From positions 1 through 60,102 of IMG/VR virus record IMGVR_UViG_3300034257_000006: a DNA stretch of 60,102 nucleotides. One strand, given 5' to 3'. Shown here piece after piece: positions 27,877 through 38,691 of this stretch. The position numbers and the translations under genes were made by a program. This DNA comes from a virus (Duplodnaviria > Caudoviricetes). The stretch's first letter is position 1; each line of letters starts with the position of its first letter. Below the pieces are notes generated by a model. It had not been told where the DNA came from, did not search any database, and saw nothing but the letters and a program-made list of their open reading frames with translations.

Positions 27877-28595
27877 TTCAGGCTCCTGACTGCGTCGAAT
27901 TTGTGCAGTCGATTACTCCACACTGTGAAGCGATCTTCCTTGGGATGCGTTCCAGGAGGGTAAAACACAGAGGATGGATTGTCCGCAATCTTCTTGACGG
28001 CGAATCTCTTGAATGCCGATCCGACCCGCTCGTCATTCAAGACGATAGGTTCTGTGACAGTCGGTACGTGGTAATGACATTCGATCCGGATTTCTCCGTC
28101 CAATTCACAAACGTCTTCGCACGCAGCAATTGCCAGTTCGAAGTCTTCAACATGATCAATTGCGTTGACTGAGATCACTGCATCGAATGTCTCGTTCGTG
28201 TTAATGTCTTCCATGCAGGACTCAATCAATTCTGCACCATTACCATAGACTCGATATCCACATTCGTTATACCAGGAGTGCAGTGGATCTAGAGAATGCA
28301 TTGATGCCCCCACGAAGAACCGACTCAGACCCAATGGACCTGATCCCACTTCAAGAACATGTTTCCCAGAGAAGTACGTTGGCTCGACGAACAGCCGTTT
28401 GCAGTATCGCCACTTGTCGCAATTGATCCACGTCTCGATAGCGTTCAGTTCTTCAGTTTCGAGGTGGGTTATTTTCTCGAAGTCCTTCGGAGCATTGATG
28501 CCGTACATCTCTCGGCACCCTCCTCGGAACCAGTGAACGTAACGTCCAATTTCATCCTTCCAGAACTTCTTCTCTTCGTCATTCTTCTCGGTCAT
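27873..28595 (-). CDS. Class I SAM methyltransferase
   Basis: VLEVGSGP, LDPL and FDAVISVNAIDHV motifs. Confidence 0.85.
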   Translation of the reverse strand: MTEKNDEEKKFWKDEIGRYVHWFRGGCREMYGINAPKDFEKITHLETEELNAIETWINCDKWRYCKRLFVEPTYFSGKHVLEVGSGPLGLSRFFVGASMHSLDPLHSWYNECGYRVYGNGAELIESCMEDINTNETFDAVISVNAIDHVEDFELAIAACEDVCELDGEIRIECHYHVPTVTEPIVLNDERVGSAFKRFAVKKIADNPSSVFYPPGTHPKEDRFTVWSNRLHKFDAVRSLK

Positions 28596-30085
28596 CGCAC
28601 TTCTTCCTTAAACCAGTCTTCACTCCATCCACGAGGAGCGACTTTCTTGCCGATTGGCATAAACTTGATTCCATGCGGCTGCACAATAACCCGCGACGAA
28701 TCAGGAGTAATCTTACTGTTCCATTCCTCGTAGTCTTTGCAGTTCCATGAAAAATGTTCATTCGTGTGTGGGGATGGAAGGAAATACGGAGTCCATCCAA
28801 GTGCAACTGGGTCTGCTTCGGAAACTCCTGCGGCAATGAGTTTCTTTGCAAGCAGAAGATCTTCACCGAGCGACACGCTGTCATATCCTCCAGCATGCTC
28901 AAAGGCAGATCTTGTTATTCCCCATGCCCCCTGATACGCCTTGTCTGTCTTATCTTGTCTCCCCCATGTTTCAGACCTTTGCAGGTTGCTTCCGCTGCGA
29001 ATTAAAACTTGACTGCATCTCGACCAGTCAGATCTTGAAAGAGCGTGTTCAGTGGCCTGCAGTGCATCCGGAAGAAACAAGTCGTCGTCGTCCCAGAACA
29101 CAAACGCATCGACGTCTGGCATCATCGCCGCAATCGCATTTCGTTTTTCTCCGAGAGTAGCGTGCCTTTCGTTCCTACTGACAATCTCCCACCTGTCGCT
29201 ACTGGCTGGTTCAAGTTCTCCGCAGTCGTCATACGCAATCAGCCTTGCGTTTTTGTACGTCTGCGACTCGAAGCATGAAATCAAATGACCGAGCAGTTTC
29301 GGCCTTCTGAATGTTGCAACACAGACTCCGATTTTCATTGTGTCTTCTCGTTTGTCGAGATCCCTGAATATCTTGTGTATGCAGAGCTTCGACTTATTGC
29401 GTTTCATCCACGCTCTCGGTCCTGTATCTCCTGCAACTGCCATTTCACTCGGATGCTTCCTTGTCATGTAGGAGTGATTCAGCCCGATCGCGACAGTGGA
29501 TCCGTTCGTCTTAATGTCTTGTGTCGAGAAGAACTTTTCTACCTCGGTGTCCACTTCTATCGGAAGGAATGTCTCAAGAGGCCATCGCTCGTAATTATCG
29601 CATCCCTCCATCGCTCTTGTTAGAGATATTTCACCGAGTTCGCACCAACCTGCGTTGCCTCCAATTAGTTTGTCGTTGATCTGATCAACCCATCGTTCTG
29701 CAACTGGGCTTCCTTTTGCGCAGTAGCAATAACCGGCAATGACTCTTCTCGGAGGAGTTGACCACTCTGACGCGGCGATATCTGCTCCTGTGTCAAGATG
29801 CTTAGGACTACGAAGCATCACTGTGTCTGCGTCAATGTACAGACCACCGTAAAGGTGCAGACATGCAGCGCGAACACAGTCCGACTTTACTCCAAGCTCC
29901 TTAATCTTCTTCCATGATGAATGCAACACACCGTCAGGAATGTACTTACTGATGTTCTCTGACGTCACATGATGAAACAGACATCCGTCCAGACATTGAT
30001 ACCTGATGCTGTCAAGGCAAAGGCTGATGTACGGCCACTGCTTTGATCCCGGCGGTTTTTCCCAGTACGTGAACACGTTCAACAC
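28592..30085 (-). CDS. Two-domain glycosyltransferase (GT32/capsule-synthesis DXD plus GT2)
   Basis: SDCVR..L.LYGGLYIDADT; second domain ATFRRP..SQTY, GEKRN, WDDDD, GED. Confidence 0.85.
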   Translation of the reverse strand: MLNVFTYWEKPPGSKQWPYISLCLDSIRYQCLDGCLFHHVTSENISKYIPDGVLHSSWKKIKELGVKSDCVRAACLHLYGGLYIDADTVMLRSPKHLDTGADIAASEWSTPPRRVIAGYCYCAKGSPVAERWVDQINDKLIGGNAGWCELGEISLTRAMEGCDNYERWPLETFLPIEVDTEVEKFFSTQDIKTNGSTVAIGLNHSYMTRKHPSEMAVAGDTGPRAWMKRNKSKLCIHKIFRDLDKREDTMKIGVCVATFRRPKLLGHLISCFESQTYKNARLIAYDDCGELEPASSDRWEIVSRNERHATLGEKRNAIAAMMPDVDAFVFWDDDDLFLPDALQATEHALSRSDWSRCSQVLIRSGSNLQRSETWGRQDKTDKAYQGAWGITRSAFEHAGGYDSVSLGEDLLLAKKLIAAGVSEADPVALGWTPYFLPSPHTNEHFSWNCKDYEEWNSKITPDSSRVIVQPHGIKFMPIGKKVAPRGWSEDWFKEEVR

Positions 30086-30810
30086 TATCCAAACCTCTGC
30101 CGCAAAAACAACTTCATCGTCGGGTTCCAACACTTCGAGCAGTAGTTCATGAAGTTCACGTCCAATGCCTCAAGCTGCTGCCGTGTCGCCGGTCTCAATA
30201 GACGCTTCAGAAACCTCGGATACGTGACTCCCTGCCATGTTTCGCCGTATGGTATCGCCTCTTCTGGATTATGAAACGTATTTCCATACAGAATTTCAAA
30301 CAAAAGCAGTTGAGTCGGGAACTCGTACTCGGCGATCATTGCCTGTAAGTTCGTCTTCATGAAGACATGCGGCAAATGTGTTCCGTACTGCAGGTTCGGC
30401 TTGCCGTGTTTCTTCAGTGCTGCGAACGTGACTCTGATACACTGGTGCCAGACTGCTTTGACATTAACTCTGTACCATGGATCGTACCGAGGGACTCGCA
30501 TGTCTTCGATGGTCGTCGGCTTCATCATGAATGTGTCGTCCATCATCCAGACAAACTCTTCATCGACGAGTTCGCTGGTAGCGCACACCATGATTTTCTT
30601 CTGCGTGTCGCGGAATGGCATGCGCGCCGGTGCGTCGCGGATCCCGAAGAACTGTTTCATCGGGATCAGTGGACCGTCGTACCACGGTGGCTTTTGACCG
30701 ACGACAAGGAACGTCGGCGTTCCGGCGAAGTTTTTACGAACCGACGCCATCGACAGCCGGAGTTCTTCGCCGCTGTCGGGTGCCTGAACGTAGAAATATA
30801 CGAATTGCAT
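30085..30810 (-). CDS. Stealth-like sugar-phosphate transferase
   Basis: FVY...EELRLSMASV.KN, VVG.KPPW, EEFVWMMDD.F and THLPH motifs resemble Stealth CR1-CR3. Confidence 0.6.
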   Translation of the reverse strand: MQFVYFYVQAPDSGEELRLSMASVRKNFAGTPTFLVVGQKPPWYDGPLIPMKQFFGIRDAPARMPFRDTQKKIMVCATSELVDEEFVWMMDDTFMMKPTTIEDMRVPRYDPWYRVNVKAVWHQCIRVTFAALKKHGKPNLQYGTHLPHVFMKTNLQAMIAEYEFPTQLLLFEILYGNTFHNPEEAIPYGETWQGVTYPRFLKRLLRPATRQQLEALDVNFMNYCSKCWNPTMKLFLRQRFG

Positions 30811-30829
30811 TTATCCTCCGTGATTTGTA

Positions 30830-31843
30830 TCAGACGCTCTCTGATGGGCATGGGTCCGTTTCGCCTTCGCATCGAGCGCCCTCAACAATCCATGACCAGC
30901 ATTGAATCATTTTCGGCTCCCCAGTGAGGGGGCAGCATTCCCAGACTTCGTGCGGGATTCGTACAATTTCGTATTCACCGGTCTGAACGTAATAAACCCT
31001 ATTGGAAGTAACTGCCTCACCCGAAGACTCAGAACTACTGCATGTCTCACCTGTCCATTGAATCAATGCTTCTCCGCCGATCTTCAGCGGAATCACCCGG
31101 AGATCTCTCGCATAAACGAATGTGCCGTTTCCGGTTGGTGTCTGACGACCTGAGTCCGGTGTGTTGGCACAGCCTGTTGCCTCTGGGGACGGATCTTCGG
31201 CTTCCGCAATTGCACAGATATCGCATCCATCAACGTCAGATACACTTGAAGACACAGATTCAGAGCCTGGTGCGCATCCGGCAGGATTGTCCGTTAGCTC
31301 CATGCGATACCAGCCAAAACCAAGGCATGCTCGCGTGATCGCTGTTTTTGGAAGTACGGATGACGATCCAGCGGACAGGACTTCCCATCGCTTCGAGTCT
31401 TCGTTGTACGCGATGTAGAAGACATCGCAGGCCGATTTCCATGCTGTGTCTACGTCTTCGGATGCAGATTCTGAATCGCAGAAGGCTCCGGAGAGACCGG
31501 CAACTGGATCCCATGCGCGGAACGGAGTCGTCAGCGTTTCTGCTCCATGCGTACCACTGGCTCTGTTGAGCCGAACTTCACTCACCAGACCTGAAGGTGC
31601 GTCATCAATTGCGGTTGCTGCGAGATCGGTTACTTCCTGAATAGAGAAGTCTTCGACCGCAACAACGAGCTTCAGAAACGGCTTCCGCATGTTCGCCGAT
31701 TGGTTTCCGAGCGTCTCGTTCACCAAAGACGACCCCATTCCCAGCATGATCTCTCTGCGAGGAATCTCTGACTCCTGAATCGTGCGGTTCAGGCGATCAG
31801 CGTAGATATGATCTCCAGATCTGTATTTCTTCTGATTCGTCAT
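30830..31843 (-). CDS. Cys/Ser-rich tail tip protein
   Basis: Second gene after the tape measure; GD.I.A..LN N-terminus. Confidence 0.55.
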   Translation of the reverse strand: MTNQKKYRSGDHIYADRLNRTIQESEIPRREIMLGMGSSLVNETLGNQSANMRKPFLKLVVAVEDFSIQEVTDLAATAIDDAPSGLVSEVRLNRASGTHGAETLTTPFRAWDPVAGLSGAFCDSESASEDVDTAWKSACDVFYIAYNEDSKRWEVLSAGSSSVLPKTAITRACLGFGWYRMELTDNPAGCAPGSESVSSSVSDVDGCDICAIAEAEDPSPEATGCANTPDSGRQTPTGNGTFVYARDLRVIPLKIGGEALIQWTGETCSSSESSGEAVTSNRVYYVQTGEYEIVRIPHEVWECCPLTGEPKMIQCWSWIVEGARCEGETDPCPSESV

Positions 31844-32949
31844 AAGTCTGGATTCAAAATGTCAGTGAAATCCTTGGCTTCAAACAGATCTTCGCCTGTT
31901 TCTAACTGAACTCGTTCCCAAGTGTCTGTTCCGACGGTTCTGTCAAAGAAAAGATGATTCCATCCCCTGATGTTTGCGCCGTCAACAATTCTCTTCTGCT
32001 TGAAGATCAACTTCAATGTCGTCGTATTTCTGTTGTCCACACGTATGTTTGGTCGCATTCCACCGAAGGCATCGGTTCGTCGGTTCCTGTCTTCCTGCCA
32101 ATCAACGAACAAAAGTGTTTCATCATCGTAATCACTGCACTCTGCCGTCTCTGATCCTCCTGGATCATAGTCGCACGAAAGGATTGATCCCCACTCCTGA
32201 AGGTTCACAGTGCCTCTGTATGGTGCTAAATGCGTTTCAATGGCGCAAATCCGATTCACCGGAACATTGTGCCAACTGACAATAATGTCAGCCTTTGGGA
32301 TGATCTTGTAAGCGTAACTGTCAGCCTTCAGTCTTCGATCTGGACCTGCAGGAAGGTCTGCCCACACGAGGTTTCCGTTCGGAAGAGTGAACATCTCGTA
32401 TGCCGGATTTCGCTCGACGCTGATGCAGGTGTTTTCAAGAATATGATCGGCTGTCTCCCACAGCCCACTCAGTTGATTGAAGAACACGCAGTCACACGGA
32501 TTTTCTTCGTATGTGATTGTGACTCTGCATAAGCATTCTGAGTTGTCCATTCCTTCCGGGTATTCACGCCAGTATTTCTCCATCTCATTCAGGGAAACAG
32601 GATCAGTGATTAAGTCGCTCGTTCCCGAGAAGGTTTCGTGGCTCACGTTAAAGCAGCAACTCGTAACCGCTTCAATCGAGAATGACGTTGCCACAAGGTT
32701 CAGTTGACCATAGATCTTGTCGTTGAATCCAAATGGGAACAGAGAAAACGGAAACGGAGCGGGAAGAAAAGGCATGTCCTGAATGCCGTCTTCGTGGTAT
32801 TTCCCGATCTGGCGCAGCGCGAACTCTTCAGCGTATTGGCAATTAACAAGGAACCTTCGTGTCGCCGAAGCCTTTCCGGACTGGTACTGCGGAAGACCAG
32901 ATGGATGATCCGCCTTAACCTCGAATGCGTAGTCACTGTAGAAACTCAT
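31840..32949 (-). CDS. Tail hub/distal tail protein
   Basis: Directly downstream of the tape measure; GTVN...LLF...GWNH pattern. Confidence 0.55.
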   Translation of the reverse strand: MSFYSDYAFEVKADHPSGLPQYQSGKASATRRFLVNCQYAEEFALRQIGKYHEDGIQDMPFLPAPFPFSLFPFGFNDKIYGQLNLVATSFSIEAVTSCCFNVSHETFSGTSDLITDPVSLNEMEKYWREYPEGMDNSECLCRVTITYEENPCDCVFFNQLSGLWETADHILENTCISVERNPAYEMFTLPNGNLVWADLPAGPDRRLKADSYAYKIIPKADIIVSWHNVPVNRICAIETHLAPYRGTVNLQEWGSILSCDYDPGGSETAECSDYDDETLLFVDWQEDRNRRTDAFGGMRPNIRVDNRNTTTLKLIFKQKRIVDGANIRGWNHLFFDRTVGTDTWERVQLETGEDLFEAKDFTDILNPDL

Positions 32950-35795
32950 TGTGCAACCGCCCTCATGTCCTTCTTCTTTATCGCTTCTGTTGTCTGGTCC
33001 TGCGACATTACGAGTTTCCAGAGTGGCGGCAGAAACTCCATCATCGCATCTCGGATAGCCGCTGCCTGACGGTCGTTCTGTTCCTGGATTGACGGTATGC
33101 TTGGAACATTGAAGAGACCTTGGAAGAACCCAAGCTGACCAGACCGTCTCTCATCTGCACCTCGATTGCCAGAAAGAAGACTGTCTCCGCTGTTTTTGAA
33201 GAAGTTCACAAGACGTTCTTCGTTTATAGCCTTCGTCAAGACTTCGATTTCTTTGCGAAGATCTTCCTGAGACTTAATCAGCTTGTCGTCCACACCAAGG
33301 ACGTTCGTCTGCAGCTTTTTTACGAAATCATCGAAGTTCGTGAACGTCGATACCTTGTTCTTCTCTTCCGACTTCTTCAGTTCATCCTGTGACTTCTTCA
33401 GAAGACGACCAAGTTCCAATTGAAACAGTGCTGACTGCGTTTCGTTAGCCGCGTTCGCCGCTTGTATCCCTTTTAGCCCAGTATTCGGATCCGCTGACTT
33501 CAGTGCTTTTGTGATCAGTTCGTCAATCCCTTGGCGGATCTTGTCGTTCTTCAGAAAGATCTCTTCAATCTGCGAGGCACCTTCAAATGCGAACCCATTC
33601 AATTCCGCCTGCGCGAGCTTAATTCCGAATGCGAGTTCTTTGTTCTTGTCGATGATTACGTCGAGACCCTGAATGATGTTTTGGTTCTCGATCTCTTGGT
33701 TCTGCAATGAAAGTCTGTTTATCTTTTCTAGTTCTGTTCCAAGGTCACTAAGTTGAGTTTTTAACCCCTTTACCTTCTCTTCTGATATGCCTTTGAAGAA
33801 GAAACCATCCGTCTCTTTTTTTGCTTTGTCGAGTTCTTCAATTATCTTATTGAATGACGCTCTGGCTTCAATAATATCCTTCGAGGCAGATGGTGATCCT
33901 TTGCTGACGGAATTCTGTGATTTTATTAAGTCATCATTCGCTTTAATCAGAAGGTCTATTGCCGCAGTTACCTCCTCTTGTTCTCTCTTCACTGCTTTTG
34001 GATCAACAGGCGTTCTATTAAACAGACCAGACTGATCCGGTCTTCCGATGTTCTTGAATCTTATTTGCTCAAGTTCTATCACGGAACCTATATCTCGTGA
34101 TGCTCTCTCAAAAGCCTTTGACTCATCAAGCGACTTTGTGATTGCTGAAACCGTCTTCTGATTGTCGTCTCTCTTCGAAAGAAGATCGTTCGTTCTCTTC
34201 ACTACATCTTCAATGGATTTTGCATCTCTAAGATCACGCTCAAACTTTGAGCTTCCGATTTCAAGGCCAACATTGAATTCAGCGTCTGCGACGTTTCGTT
34301 TTATCTTCTCTCCAATATCCTCAAGTTTCGCTTCGACTTCCGACAAAGACTGAAGCCATTCAACCATCTTCGGAAGAATCACAATCGCAAATGCAGATCC
34401 GATACCGGCAATCAGCGGAAGCTGCTTTGCCCACCCCTTACCGATAGCGTCTTGAACTTCTTTTGTTCTCGACATATCGTTCAGGAGAAACGCCACGTTG
34501 TTCGCCGCGCCTCGGACACCACCGGCAAACCCGTTTAGACTGAAGCCAACCGAAAAGTCTTCAACCGCCTGTCCGAGCTGATATGCGTTGTTGCTCAGGT
34601 TATTGAACGAAGAACCTTTTTTGGTTGCTTCTTTCTGTATTCGCAGCATCTCTGCGCGAACTCCACCTGTGGTGAACTGCGTATCGTCTAAATTGTTGAG
34701 CGTTATTCCGAGACGTTTAAATTCATCTTCAACTGACTTCGTAACTCCATTCAGCGCAGTAAAGTCCGAAATGAATCGCTGCAGGCTTTCGTCTGTTCCG
34801 TCGAATGCCCTCGCAGATTCCTTCAGTGCAAATTCCAGCCTCTTGATATTGCCTGCAGTTTCAAGTATCTCCGCCCGCTGATCCGCCGATATCCCCTGCA
34901 CCGCCTGATGTCGCAGAGACGACTCGACGTTGAATCCGACACGAAGTGTTCTGTCTTCGTCGCTGAATTGGTTGAAGATTCCACGATTGACAGACTTTGC
35001 GTCCGCAATTGAATCTGCCTTTATTCGCAACGCATCAAGTTGATCAGAGAGTCTCTGAATCTGTTGGCTGGCGTCAGTAACGTCGATCAGGTTTTCAGAT
35101 CGAATACCTTGAGACAGTTTTAGCTTTGCTGCGTCGATCTGTTCGTTAAGGCGAGCGAACTCTCGCGAGATCCCTGAGTCTTCACTGGCTGATACAGAGC
35201 CCTTTACGTTCTTCACACTCAGCAATGATCTTTCAACTGCTTCCCTCTGCTCTCTAAATGACTCGCTCCTGTCGAATGTTGCAGTTTCAAGTCCTGATGT
35301 TCGTATCTTCTCTGCTGTTACTTCTCTGAGGATTGCGAGTTCATTTTCTCGAAGTTCTATGATCCGAAGAACAGCAGCGATCTGGTCGTCTTCTACTTCC
35401 GTTGTAGCGAAAGTTCTTGCTTGACCTGCCACTTCGTTCGAGAGATTCTGGAGCCTGTCTTTGATGTCTTTGTCATTTGCAATACGGACATCCACAGACA
35501 GAAACGCCTTGTCTCTGTTGAATTCAAGGACAGCAAGACGCAAGTCTCTTCGCAAACGTGCTGCCATATCATCTTCTGGGCCTCCACCTCCACCTCCACC
35601 GCCGCCTCGACCACCTCCGCCCCCACGCCCTCCTCCTCCGACAACAGGATTAGGAATGTTCAAAGGAGGGATGTTTGCGTTGATAAACCGCTCTCTGACT
35701 CTGTTTATCACGCTCTCGGTGATCGCGTCGAAGTCCTGATCGAACCGTGGCTTGATGTTGACGAAGATGTCAAGCAGTGAGTCATCATCCGCCAT
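32946..35795 (-). CDS. Tail tape measure protein
   Basis: Longest ORF, helical, with a central hydrophobic segment; follows the chaperone frameshift genes. Confidence 0.85.
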   Translation of the reverse strand: MADDDSLLDIFVNIKPRFDQDFDAITESVINRVRERFINANIPPLNIPNPVVGGGGRGGGGGRGGGGGGGGGPEDDMAARLRRDLRLAVLEFNRDKAFLSVDVRIANDKDIKDRLQNLSNEVAGQARTFATTEVEDDQIAAVLRIIELRENELAILREVTAEKIRTSGLETATFDRSESFREQREAVERSLLSVKNVKGSVSASEDSGISREFARLNEQIDAAKLKLSQGIRSENLIDVTDASQQIQRLSDQLDALRIKADSIADAKSVNRGIFNQFSDEDRTLRVGFNVESSLRHQAVQGISADQRAEILETAGNIKRLEFALKESARAFDGTDESLQRFISDFTALNGVTKSVEDEFKRLGITLNNLDDTQFTTGGVRAEMLRIQKEATKKGSSFNNLSNNAYQLGQAVEDFSVGFSLNGFAGGVRGAANNVAFLLNDMSRTKEVQDAIGKGWAKQLPLIAGIGSAFAIVILPKMVEWLQSLSEVEAKLEDIGEKIKRNVADAEFNVGLEIGSSKFERDLRDAKSIEDVVKRTNDLLSKRDDNQKTVSAITKSLDESKAFERASRDIGSVIELEQIRFKNIGRPDQSGLFNRTPVDPKAVKREQEEVTAAIDLLIKANDDLIKSQNSVSKGSPSASKDIIEARASFNKIIEELDKAKKETDGFFFKGISEEKVKGLKTQLSDLGTELEKINRLSLQNQEIENQNIIQGLDVIIDKNKELAFGIKLAQAELNGFAFEGASQIEEIFLKNDKIRQGIDELITKALKSADPNTGLKGIQAANAANETQSALFQLELGRLLKKSQDELKKSEEKNKVSTFTNFDDFVKKLQTNVLGVDDKLIKSQEDLRKEIEVLTKAINEERLVNFFKNSGDSLLSGNRGADERRSGQLGFFQGLFNVPSIPSIQEQNDRQAAAIRDAMMEFLPPLWKLVMSQDQTTEAIKKKDMRAVAQ

Positions 35796-36009
35796 TAAAG
35801 TTCGCTCCTAGGGCCAGGTACGCTTCGACAAGTGTCAGGCTCATTGCGTCGGCGAGGCTCATTCCGCTGCCTCTGGTGATCGCCACAGCCATCATCTTAT
35901 AGCGGTTTCCGGTCGGCGCATCCACTGGAACCTTCGGCTCTACAGTGATTTTCATGCTGGCTGGGTGCCCGGCGGGCTCTGGTCTCCGCTCGGGCCATCG
36001 GAGTTTTTT
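35785..36009 (-). CDS. Frameshifted extension of the tail assembly chaperone (gpGT-like)
   Basis: Slippery A AAA AAC at 36009-36003; the -1 frame is open to TGA at 35785. Confidence 0.75.
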   Translation of the reverse strand, partial: KKLRWPERRPEPAGHPASMKITVEPKVPVDAPTGNRYKMMAVAITRGSGMSLADAMSLTLVEAYLALGANFNGG

Positions 36010-36425
36010 AAGTTGTTCCTCTCATCCGTCGCAAGGAACGCAACTTTTAACTCAGCTTTCTCTTCGGGAGTAGCACGGTCCCAGATGTCTTTGACTCTGG
36101 CGAATCCCTTCTTCCAGTCTTCTTCTTTGCCTTTAACGGCAGGAATCGGCAGGCACTTCCAAAGAGAGTACAACCAGCCTTCGTCAGACTTATCAAAGAA
36201 CATCTCTTCTTCATACGATACTGACGAGGAGTTCGTGTACACGGTCTTCATCGCAATCTCGACGAAGATCCTATAATTTTCTTCCGGCATTTTGTCCGGA
36301 AGTCCCTGAAGCAGAGACCATGGTGTTGCCCTTCGAGACTTTATGAAGTCCACCTTATCGACAAAATCGATCAGGTATCTTGGCCTCACCACCACGTCTG
36401 TTCCGCCGATAGACACGGTGATCAT
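35952..36425 (-). CDS. Tail assembly chaperone
   Basis: Between tail tube and tape measure; carries the slippery site. Confidence 0.75.
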   Translation of the reverse strand: MITVSIGGTDVVVRPRYLIDFVDKVDFIKSRRATPWSLLQGLPDKMPEENYRIFVEIAMKTVYTNSSSVSYEEEMFFDKSDEGWLYSLWKCLPIPAVKGKEEDWKKGFARVKDIWDRATPEEKAELKVAFLATDERNNLKNSDGPSGDQSPPGTQPA

Positions 36426-36437
36426 TGTGTGTTCCGA

Positions 36438-36938
36438 TTACCCAGCCTGTTCAGTCTGGCATGTACTTTGAATCGATGGATGAACAACCCATCGCTGAAC
36501 GTCGAATCCGTAGTTCAAAATAATCGGCTGGTTTCCTGCGATGTCGTAAATAACTGGAACTGATGTGATTCGAACGACTGCCTCGAAATAGAGGTTTTCG
36601 TCAGGATTAGCAACAACTGCGCCGTCATCCCAGATCTCGGTACAGTCCTGAGCCCAGCGAATCCGATGCAGACTGTTAATACACAGCATTCCAGGACCAA
36701 CGCCACTGTGGCATGCATACGCAAGATTTCCTGCGCGAGCGACTGTTCCGCAGGCGGACAGTTCTGCTCCGCCGCTCGACGAAGTCACGAGTTTCGGCGT
36801 GGTCGATGTTTCGGTGACGCCGACTAATGTGACGTGTGGCAACAGATCCCACGTTTCAGCCGCTGATCCTGCGTTCGTGTCGAGCAGCACGCATGCCTCA
36901 GATGCACAGCACAAAATGTCGCCAGGCGTAAAAGCCAT
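36438..36938 (-). CDS. Major tail (tube) protein
   Basis: Synteny and size; beta-rich. Confidence 0.65.
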   Translation of the reverse strand: MAFTPGDILCCASEACVLLDTNAGSAAETWDLLPHVTLVGVTETSTTPKLVTSSSGGAELSACGTVARAGNLAYACHSGVGPGMLCINSLHRIRWAQDCTEIWDDGAVVANPDENLYFEAVVRITSVPVIYDIAGNQPIILNYGFDVQRWVVHPSIQSTCQTEQAG

Positions 36939-36950
36939 CTCAATTCTCCA

Positions 36951-37370
36951 TTAAACCGAAGCAGAAACAGATTCCGCGACTTGGTGATACGAACCCCTGA
37001 ACAACAGACTGCAAACCACTTCACTTCCGGCAACTCGAATTGACGATGCTGGACTTCCTGTCACACAGAAACATCCACATGCACCGAGATCTGTGCAGCC
37101 ACCGTTATACAACCAGTTCTCAATAAGATCTCTGAACTGTCTCGCCATGTTCTTCTTCGACGAATCGAAGTAAGCCTTGATGTCGATCGTCCAGACTTTC
37201 TGTGTAGCAGAACTAGTTCTGAGTCCTGCCGTTGTGCTCGCCTTCAGCACCAAATACGGAACGCAGTCTTTGCATTCCCTCTGATCAATGAAATGATTTT
37301 CCGACTTGATGGGTGTGCAGTCCAGCGATCGCAGAGCATCAAGTATCGCTCTTTCGACGCAACAGGACAT
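36951..37370 (-). CDS. Tail terminator-like protein
   Basis: Synteny; VPYLV motif. Confidence 0.55.
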   Translation of the reverse strand: MSCCVERAILDALRSLDCTPIKSENHFIDQRECKDCVPYLVLKASTTAGLRTSSATQKVWTIDIKAYFDSSKKNMARQFRDLIENWLYNGGCTDLGACGCFCVTGSPASSIRVAGSEVVCSLLFRGSYHQVAESVSASV

Positions 37371-37532
37371 CGCATTCCCTCACTGCAGTGATGTTTTCGA
37401 TCTTAACGCCGTAACTCTCAACAGCAAGTGCTTCTGCGACTTCCGGCGAATATGTTTCCACTTTGATCGGCGTGCCACAGCCATAGACGATGTATTTCAT
37501 TCTTTGCCTTCGTTTGTTTCAATCCGCGACAG

Positions 37533-38022
37533 TCATTCTGTCGATTCAAACGCAGCCTTTGCGACGTTCGCGATTGTCTGCCTGCCTCGCATGAATAACG
37601 GAAGTACCCAAGGCCGTCCAGACTGGTTATGCATCAACAGGTAATTCATCCTTCGATTCACAACATGACTCGGAGAGAATCCTACAAAACCGTTGATCGT
37701 TCCAGAATCTGATTTAGCCCCACCATCTACGTAATTCGCAAGAAAGTCGCCAATCCTCCTCTGATCCCTCGCAAAACCCTGCCTTGTAGTGTTGTTCGGA
37801 TTTTCCCACCCATTTACTGGCCCAAACCCTCCAGGCTTATGCCCTGCGTATGCATGAGGAATTTCACCATATCCAGAATGCGGCGGCGCAATTGTCTCTT
37901 GAAGTCCAAGTTGATACTCTTGTGCCAACTCTTTCGCTGCAGCGCGAATACAGGCTTCCAGTTTCCTGTTCAGCTTCTCCTTAATCGCTTCCGTATGATC
38001 AGCGAACGTGACAGAGAACATT
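37533..38022 (-). CDS. Neck/tail-completion protein
   Basis: S..GE.PH and RPW..P motifs; synteny. Confidence 0.55.
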
Positions 38023-38691
38023 GTCCGCCTCCAGTCCGACAATGTACGGCACAAAGACCCCGTTGTCAGTGACTCGTGTGATTCGGTAAGATCCGTACTT
38101 GTCCTTCAGTCGATGGCTTGCCGATGGACGAACTGACAGAGGCCATCGCACTAAGGATCCAGAAAAATTGTAGACGAGATCCTTTGAGTCGTTTCGCGTC
38201 TGGAGAGAACCTGTTTCGGCGAGTATCTTTCCTTTGACTCTGCCGACTCGTCTCGGTCGAGCCACGTTATCGCATTCTCCGCAGTCCGTGCAATCGAGGT
38301 CGAATACATCGATATCTTCCGTGAGATTGAAACATGCTGCCACAGACCGCACATGCATGACCTTGAGGCAGAACAGATTCAGTTCCGTCACCGAGTAAAT
38401 CACCCACTCGACGCCATCTGAATCTGTGATCGTTCCGCCAATTCCGACCTCGACCGAATTCTCCAGCATCGACAACCGGAAGATCTTGTCTGCTGCATGA
38501 ACGCCGGCCTGCGGGTTCACCGAGGACATCTTGATGCCGCTGGACCGCGCATGATAGAACTCTGTCTGCTCTCCGCAGTAATCCAGCGTGACCGTCTCGT
38601 AGTCGCAGAATGCCGTGAGCCAGTCTTCGCAGGCGCAGAGAATGTCCGCACAGCACGATTCAGACGAAGATACCGAGGAAGAGTGGCTCAT
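37999..38691 (-). CDS. Head-closure-like protein
   Basis: Synteny; beta-rich. Confidence 0.45.
   Translation of the reverse strand: MSHSSSVSSSESCCADILCACEDWLTAFCDYETVTLDYCGEQTEFYHARSSGIKMSSVNPQAGVHAADKIFRLSMLENSVEVGIGGTITDSDGVEWVIYSVTELNLFCLKVMHVRSVAACFNLTEDIDVFDLDCTDCGECDNVARPRRVGRVKGKILAETGSLQTRNDSKDLVYNFSGSLVRWPLSVRPSASHRLKDKYGSYRITRVTDNGVFVPYIVGLEADNVLCHVR

Noticed and set aside
23953-30810. DNA hypermodification cluster
   Set aside because: Disfavoured rather than excluded: no base-modifying precursor enzymes, and the cluster lies in the structural operon
35580-35640. CCTCCA/CCG microsatellite
   Set aside because: Encodes a poly-Gly linker in the tape measure protein
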